Assembly: GCA_035498555.1 (NCBI GenBank)
Contig: DATKAB010000161.1
Span: 2,794-66,793, forward strand
Direction of reading: 5' to 3'
Length of the DNA: 64,000 nt
DNA from: Candidatus Sulfotelmatobacter sp.
Lineage (GTDB): Bacteria; Eisenbacteria; RBG-16-71-46
Below the pieces are notes generated by a model. It was not told the DNA's origin, made no database searches, and was given only the letters and a program-made list of their open reading frames with translations. The position numbers and the translations under genes are program-made. How positions within the stretch are numbered: position 1 is the stretch's first letter; the number at the start of each line of letters is the position of its first letter. Shown in pieces: positions 58,480 through 64,000 of this stretch.

Positions 58480-60521
58480 ACCGTGCCGGCGAAGACGGCG
58501 CCGGCGCACGCGCCGTTCGAAGCCTGGGTGTGGTCGCGGCCGCGCTGGTCATGCTGCCGCTCCGTCTCCCGAATCCGGTCGCGGCCCTGGCGCTGGCGAT
58601 CACTCTTGCCTGGCTCCCGGGATGCCTGTTGACGGATTCGATCCGAGCGCTCCGCGATCGCGGCGAGCGGATCCTCGCGTCGCTGGCACTCTCGCCGGCG
58701 CTGGCCGGCGGCGCGGGCGCTCTGCTGATGGGCCTGGGAGCGGCCCCCCTGCTCGCGACGCGAATCGTGGCGGCGGCGCTCTTCATCGGCGCACTGTGGC
58801 GGGCGTTTGCGCCGCGTGGTGGGGACGGCATGCGTGCGGGGGATTGGCACGCGGAGGCGGCACCCACGGCGATCGCTCCGGCGCTGTTGTGGGCGTCGAT
58901 CGTGGCGGCGTTCCTCGCCGCCAATATCTACCTGCCGCCGCGCTCCGACGGCTGGTTTCACGCCGGAGTCACGCAGCAGATCGCGCTACGCGGGCTGCCG
59001 GTCGAGGATCCATCCTACGCCGGGTTGCGGCTCCTCTACTTCTGGGGCACCGATCTGTGGGCGGCGTTGTGGCTGGCGCGGGGGCCAGGCCTCGCGGTGT
59101 GGACACCGCTGATCACGCTCAACGTCGCGGCGGCGATGGCGGTGATCCTCGGCGTCTGCGCGATTGCCCGCCGGCTCGGCGCCACTCGCGGCGGGCAGTG
59201 GCTGGCGGCGGCGCTCGCGATTCTCGGCTATTCGCCGTTCGCGTGGGTCTGGGTGGTGGCGCGCGCGGCTGGTGGGGAAGTGCGCGGACTCGCGGAGCTC
59301 CAGCGCCTGATCGCCTCCGGCGCCGACACCGCGTTGCGCGCGCTCGGGGTGGGGCAGTTGCACGCTTCGCTCTCCACGTTTGCAGACAAGTTCCTGGTGC
59401 TGACGCCGTTCGGACTGGGCCTCGCTCTATTTGCGCTGTTCCTGATCGGGCTGCGCGAGGTTGCGGACACACGCGGATCGCGACCGGCGGTGCTGCTCGC
59501 GCTGGTGGCCGCCGCGACGCTGTTCACCCACACCGTGGCGGGGTTCAGCGCGCTGGCGGTCGCCGGCGTGTGGGGAGCCGCGGAGCTCGCGCGCGGAGGA
59601 CCGCGCCGGGCCGCGGCGTTGCGCGCGGCGCTCGCGCTGCTGGCCGGCGTGGCGCTGGCGGTGCCCTATCTGCTGGCGGTCACTCACGGCAAGCACGCGG
59701 CGATTGGCCCCGGGTTCTCGCGCGGCGCGGTGGGTTCGCTGGTGCTGGGCGGCGCGCTGCTGGTTCCCGCCGGCGCCTGGGCCGCGTGGCGCTTCTCTCG
59801 CGCGCGGCCGATCGCGGCGGATCTGTTGATCGCAATGGGCGTGCTCGCCGCCTTGGGGCTCCTGCTCAAGCTGCCCGAGAGCAACCAATCCAAGTTCTTC
59901 AATCTGCTGTTCCTGGTCGCAGCGGCGCCGGCGGCGCTGGCGATTCTGGCGCTGGCCGAGCGCGCGCTGCCTCCGGCGCGTATCGTGATCGCGATCGCCG
60001 TGGCCCTGGCCGTGCTGCCCACCGCCGCGCTCTGCGCATGGGGCTTCGCCGCCGAGCGCGGACAGAGCCTCGACTCCTGGCATTTCCCAGCCCCCGAGGT
60101 GATGGCGGCCTGGCGCTGGCTCGCCGGCCACACGGGGCGGAACTGCGTGGTCGCCGACGAGGGCGGCGCGCGCGAGCCGATGGTCTACGCGGCGCGCTCG
60201 GCACTGGCGCCCGGTGCGAGTCTGGAGCGTGATTGGGGTTATGCGCCGTCGGAGGTCGCGGTGCGCAAGCGCGCCTCGCGCGAGCTGGCGACGCGCGGCC
60301 CGCTCTCGAGCACCACCGACTCGCTGCTGCGCGCTCTCGGCCGCGAGGTGGTGGTGGTCGAGCGCCGCGCCGGGGCGCCGGGCGACCTGGCCCGGCAGAC
60401 CGTCGCGCCGCCAGCGAATTCAGCGGGCGCGCGCACCGGCGAGGCCAGGCGCGAGCCGCGCTACGCGTTGATCCGCGATGCCGGCGCGATGGCGTTCTGG
60501 CGGGTGGAGCTCCCGCGATGA
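58476..60521 (+). CDS. large polytopic membrane protein (about 681 aa), putative GT-C-fold glycosyltransferase/polymerase
   Basis: ATGA overlap; more than 12 hydrophobic helices, Ala/Leu-rich; no soluble domain. Confidence 0.55.
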   Translation: MNRAGEDGAGARAVRSLGVVAAALVMLPLRLPNPVAALALAITLAWLPGCLLTDSIRALRDRGERILASLALSPALAGGAGALLMGLGAAPLLATRIVAAALFIGALWRAFAPRGGDGMRAGDWHAEAAPTAIAPALLWASIVAAFLAANIYLPPRSDGWFHAGVTQQIALRGLPVEDPSYAGLRLLYFWGTDLWAALWLARGPGLAVWTPLITLNVAAAMAVILGVCAIARRLGATRGGQWLAAALAILGYSPFAWVWVVARAAGGEVRGLAELQRLIASGADTALRALGVGQLHASLSTFADKFLVLTPFGLGLALFALFLIGLREVADTRGSRPAVLLALVAAATLFTHTVAGFSALAVAGVWGAAELARGGPRRAAALRAALALLAGVALAVPYLLAVTHGKHAAIGPGFSRGAVGSLVLGGALLVPAGAWAAWRFSRARPIAADLLIAMGVLAALGLLLKLPESNQSKFFNLLFLVAAAPAALAILALAERALPPARIVIAIAVALAVLPTAALCAWGFAAERGQSLDSWHFPAPEVMAAWRWLAGHTGRNCVVADEGGAREPMVYAARSALAPGASLERDWGYAPSEVAVRKRASRELATRGPLSSTTDSLLRALGREVVVVERRAGAPGDLARQTVAPPANSAGARTGEARREPRYALIRDAGAMAFWRVELPR

Positions 60522-63112
60522 TCCGCTCGAAGCGCGTTCGAACTGCGCTGCTGGTGATGGGGTTGTTGCTCGTCCAGCTCGCTCTTCGCCATGGATTACT
60601 CGGCTCGCTCCCCGAATCGCTCCGCCTCACCCTCGCATTCTCGGCGTTGGTGCTCTTGCCGGGCTACGCGTTCGTCCGACTCGGTGCGCGCCCGAACGAG
60701 AGTGGGGCGTTCGTTCCGGTCTGGGCGCTGGGCATGGGAGTGGCCTGGAATGCTCTGCTGATTCTCGCGACCCGCATGAGCGGGGCGCGATTCACCGTGC
60801 TGCTCGACTGGAGCCCGGCAATCACGCTCGCACTCTGGCTGCTGGTCGGGGTGCTGCCACGGCGTCGAGCCAACCGAGACACCCCGCCCACTCCGGCCCG
60901 GCTGCGTGGGGCGGCGCTGGGACTGGTGCTCGTGGCCGCGGCACTGGCCGCTTTCCATGCCGGGCGGATGGGCGCGCCTGTCTACTACTCCAGCGATTCG
61001 CCCGATCACATCGCGACCATCCGCCGGATGCTGATCTCCGGCGACGCGTTTCCGCGAGACGCGTTCTTCCGCGACGCCGGCCCGGGCGGCGCCGATCCGC
61101 GCAAGGGACTGTGGCATCCGCAGGTGGCGCTGATCTGCGCGCTCGCGCATGTGGATCCCGCCGACGGCTGGCGGAAGCTGCCGGTCGCGATCGCCCCGCT
61201 CTTCATCCTCAACGCCGCCTGGTTCGGCTGGCTGAGCGCGCAGGGCGCCGGCGCCGCACTGTTCGCGTGGCTCGAACTCATCGTGCTGGCGGGCGCGATC
61301 AACTGGTGCCCGCTTCGCAAGGCCGACTTCGCCACCTTTCTCGGCGACCAGCTGGCGCTGGGTTGCGCCATCGCCGTTCTGAGCGATGCCGGGCGACCTT
61401 CGCGTGCCGCGCGCTGGACCGCGATTGGCATCGGGCTCGGCGCCATCGCCTGCCACGTGTTTGCGGCACTTCAATTCGCGCTCGTGTTCACCGCGCTCGC
61501 GGTGGCGCTGGCCATCCGCGAACGTTCGGTGCGCGGCCCGTCGTGGAGAGTGATGCGGACGGCGCTCACCCTCGGCCTCATCTCCCTGCCCTATCTGCTG
61601 TGGCGCGTTCACCAGTCCGGGCCGCCGGTGAACATCATCCACACCGAGCCGCAGGGATTGCTCTACGTCACCGATCGCATCCAGGTGGTGTCGATTGGAG
61701 TGCTGTGGGACTGGATGGGGATCCTGTGGGTGCTGTTCCCGATCTCGTGGTGGTGGCTGTGGCGCGAAGGCAAGCGCGATCCCGCGGCGCTTTACGCGTT
61801 CGCGACGTCGATCGCCGTCGCGCTGGTGATCTTCGATCCGCCGGTGGTGGCGCTGCTGGCGCCGAAGCTCGGCTACCTCCTCATGCGCTTGATCTGGATG
61901 GTGCCGGTCGCGCCGTTGATCGGCTGGCTGACGCTGGCGCTGATGCGCGCGATCCGCTCGGGCGCGCATCGGGCGCCCGCGGTCGTCGCGCTGGCCGCGC
62001 TCGGATTGTCGTTGGCGCCCACCGCGCGCGATGCCGCCGCGACCTTCTTGAACCCGGAGCCGATCATCGAGGTGGATCGCGACGAGAGCCCGTTCCGCTG
62101 GCGGGAAGCAATGACCTGGCTGGACACCCGCTTGCCGCCCGGACAAGTGGTGCTGTCGGATCCCGCCACCTCATACGGCATTCCGATGCTCACGCGCCAG
62201 TACGTGGTGACCCTGGTGGACCAGCACAGCTCGCCCAGCGACTCGACCGCGCTGACGCGGCTGCTCGATGCGCGCGACGCGCTCGACCCGTACGGCAGCT
62301 GGGAGCGGACACGCCAGGTGATCAAGCGCTGGGGTGCCACGATGATCGTGATCAATTCGGATTTCTCGAGCACGCCCCACTTCGCCTACTGGGAGCCGAG
62401 CGTCGAGTGGGCGGAAGCCGCGCGAGCGCGATTCGACTCGGCGCCGGCCGCATTCGAGCGCCTCGCCGACATTCGCGGGTTCACCATTTATCGAATCCAT
62501 CCCCAGGCGCTCGACACCCTGAGCAGTCCGCCGCTCCCCCGGCCGTTCGTGGTGCCATTCGTCTCCGGTCGCTTCCCGATCGCGCATCGCTACGATGACC
62601 GGGCGCCGGCGATCCTCGATCTGCGCCTGTGGCCGCAGCGCGCGTCGCGCGGCGACTCGCTCACCGGCGTCGCCGAATGGCGCGCCCTTCGGCCGCTGCC
62701 GCCGGGTTCCTACGCGGTCGCGGTGCGCTTCGATCGCCCGTTGCCCGGCGGGTTCGAGCCACCCGCGCTGCTCGCGAAGCCCGCCCGCAAGCTGCTCGAG
62801 AAGCTCAATCACGAGCGCTACCGCTTCCGGCGCGATTATCTGCCGGTCGAAGGCGCCTACGGAGTGGACCTGTGGCGGCCCGATCAGGTGGTGCGAGACA
62901 CCTTCGGAATGAGGATTCCTGGCGATGTCGCTCCAGGCTGGTATCGCGTGCAGATCCGGATGGTCCGCCAGCCGATCTATCCCATGCTTCGCCTGAGCGA
63001 TTACTTCTTCGACCACGATTACTTTTCCGGCGTCGAGACGGGTACACTCGAAGTGCTCTCGCCCGCCGGCAGCCGCGAGCGCGGGAACTCACCTCCCCTC
63101 GAGGGGCACTGA
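60518..63112 (+). CDS. large membrane protein (about 864 aa): N-terminal about 480-aa polytopic domain + about 380-aa C-terminal extracytoplasmic domain; putative GT-C-fold (ArnT/PMT-like) glycosyltransferase
   Basis: ATGA overlap; topology resembles GT39/GT83 enzymes; acidic loop YYSSDSPDH after the early TMs. Confidence 0.5.
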   Translation: MIRSKRVRTALLVMGLLLVQLALRHGLLGSLPESLRLTLAFSALVLLPGYAFVRLGARPNESGAFVPVWALGMGVAWNALLILATRMSGARFTVLLDWSPAITLALWLLVGVLPRRRANRDTPPTPARLRGAALGLVLVAAALAAFHAGRMGAPVYYSSDSPDHIATIRRMLISGDAFPRDAFFRDAGPGGADPRKGLWHPQVALICALAHVDPADGWRKLPVAIAPLFILNAAWFGWLSAQGAGAALFAWLELIVLAGAINWCPLRKADFATFLGDQLALGCAIAVLSDAGRPSRAARWTAIGIGLGAIACHVFAALQFALVFTALAVALAIRERSVRGPSWRVMRTALTLGLISLPYLLWRVHQSGPPVNIIHTEPQGLLYVTDRIQVVSIGVLWDWMGILWVLFPISWWWLWREGKRDPAALYAFATSIAVALVIFDPPVVALLAPKLGYLLMRLIWMVPVAPLIGWLTLALMRAIRSGAHRAPAVVALAALGLSLAPTARDAAATFLNPEPIIEVDRDESPFRWREAMTWLDTRLPPGQVVLSDPATSYGIPMLTRQYVVTLVDQHSSPSDSTALTRLLDARDALDPYGSWERTRQVIKRWGATMIVINSDFSSTPHFAYWEPSVEWAEAARARFDSAPAAFERLADIRGFTIYRIHPQALDTLSSPPLPRPFVVPFVSGRFPIAHRYDDRAPAILDLRLWPQRASRGDSLTGVAEWRALRPLPPGSYAVAVRFDRPLPGGFEPPALLAKPARKLLEKLNHERYRFRRDYLPVEGAYGVDLWRPDQVVRDTFGMRIPGDVAPGWYRVQIRMVRQPIYPMLRLSDYFFDHDYFSGVETGTLEVLSPAGSRERGNSPPLEGH

Positions 63113-63116
63113 GCAT

Positions 63117-64000
63117 GTGCGGCATCAACGGCGTCTTCCACTACGGCTCCGACACCCCCGCCGATCGCGCGCTGGTCGAGCGGCAGGCGCTGTGCATGCA
63201 GCATCGCGGTCCGGATGACTGGGACGTGTGGTGCGAGGGACCGGTCGGACTGGGGCATCGCCGGCTCGCGATCGTCGATCTCTCGCCCGGCGGACATCAG
63301 CCGATGCCCAACGAGGACGGCTCTCTGTGGGTGACCTATAACGGCGAGCTCTACGGCTGGCCCGAGATCCGCGCCGAGCTGGCCTCGCGCGGCCACCGCT
63401 TCCGGGGTCTGAGCGACACCGAGGCGCTGCTCCATCTCTACGAGGAGCAGGGCACGAAGCTCTTCCCGCGCCTGCGCGGCATGTTCACCTTCGGGCTCTA
63501 CGACCGGCCGCGGCGCCGGATCCTGCTCGGGCGCGATCGCTTCGGAATCAAGCCGCTCTACTACCACGACGACGGCAAGCGCCTGGTCTTCGCCTCCGAG
63601 CTGAAAGCGCTGATGCTCGACCCCACGGTGCCGCGGGAAGTTGACGAGCAGGCGCTGGCCGACTACCTCACGTTCCAATACGTGCCCGCGCCGCGCAGCA
63701 TCTTCCGGGCGGTGAAGAAGCTGCCGGCCGGGCACTTCCTCACCTGTGACGCGAGCGGAGTGAAGGTCGAACGCTACTGGGCCCTTCCCGCCGAGCCCGA
63801 TCGCGGGCATCCGCTCGAGTTCTATCGCGAGCGGTTGCGCGACCTGCTCGCCGAGGCGGTGCGCCTGCGGATGGTGGCCGACGTGCCGCTCGGCGCGTTC
63901 CTCTCGGGCGGCATCGATTCGAGCGTGGTGGTGGCACTGATGAGCGCCGCCAGCTCGAAACCCGTCAAGACGTTCAGCATCGGTTTCGAGGAGCAGGATT
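63117..64000 (+). CDS. asnB: asparagine synthetase (glutamine-hydrolysing), N-terminal part (runs off window)
   Basis: MCGINGV (Cys2 nucleophile), RGPDDW, LAIVDLSPGGHQPM, SGGIDSS PP-loop. Confidence 0.9.

Noticed and set aside
1-64000. Searched for tRNA/rRNA genes, CRISPR arrays, transposases, integrases, phage genes, toxin-antitoxin pairs
   Set aside because: No T-loop/anticodon-arm-like segments, no regularly spaced direct repeats, and no recombinase/transposase motifs were seen in any frame or intergenic gap.

Overview
High-GC (about 68-70%) chromosomal segment from a diderm bacterium. Gene content (SprA-like giant outer-membrane protein, LptF/LptG, a Gemmatimonadota/FCB-like fab cluster) suggests that lineage, but this is a guess from content only. 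About 1-43 kb is a dense, almost entirely plus-strand block of housekeeping operons: sucD-ndk; yceD-rpmF-plsX-fabH-fabD-fabG-acpP-fabF-rnc; a TPR protein; an ECF sigma / anti-sigma / HtrA envelope-stress module; aroB-aroQ; accB-pilT-accC plus a ComB-like phosphatase; convergent lptG/lptF; a ~2085-aa SprA/Sov-like outer-membrane protein translationally coupled to an M28/glutaminyl-cyclase-like lipoprotein; rimP-nusA-infB-DUF503-rbfA-truB-ribF; rpsO-pnp; an M16 peptidase; a convergent aminotransferase; and a DUF3108 + hypothetical pair. From about 43.5 kb to the window end there is an accessory-looking polysaccharide locus: a sigma70-like promoter with a long leader, a Wza-like exporter, a Wzz/PCP, a BY-kinase-like protein with a degenerate Walker A, a Pol-beta nucleotidyltransferase-fold protein coupled to an alkaline-phosphatase-superfamily phosphodiesterase, two Wzx-like flippases, GT2 + DUF2304 + a flippase-like membrane protein, a divergent DegT aminotransferase, an SDR-epimerase::Gfo/Idh/MocA fusion, an unknown 292-aa protein, two very large polytopic membrane proteins (GT-C/polymerase-like) and a partial asnB. 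Most interesting for follow-up: (i) the coupled SprA-like/QC-like pair; (ii) an Arn/Gtr-like lipid-carrier amino-sugar glycosylation module embedded in the EPS locus; (iii) the NTase-fold/phosphodiesterase pair and the pseudo-kinase; (iv) pilT inserted into the accBC operon; (v) RG/RD-rich disordered tails on RNase III, PNPase and SucD; (vi) a 15-bp perfect inverted repeat pair flanking 99 nt in a divergent intergenic region. No tRNA/rRNA genes, CRISPR arrays, transposases or integrases were recognised. In this GC-rich DNA the ORF track contains many long spurious antisense/alternate-frame ORFs, which were not called. Coordinates derived by hand-counting may be off by 1-3 nt.
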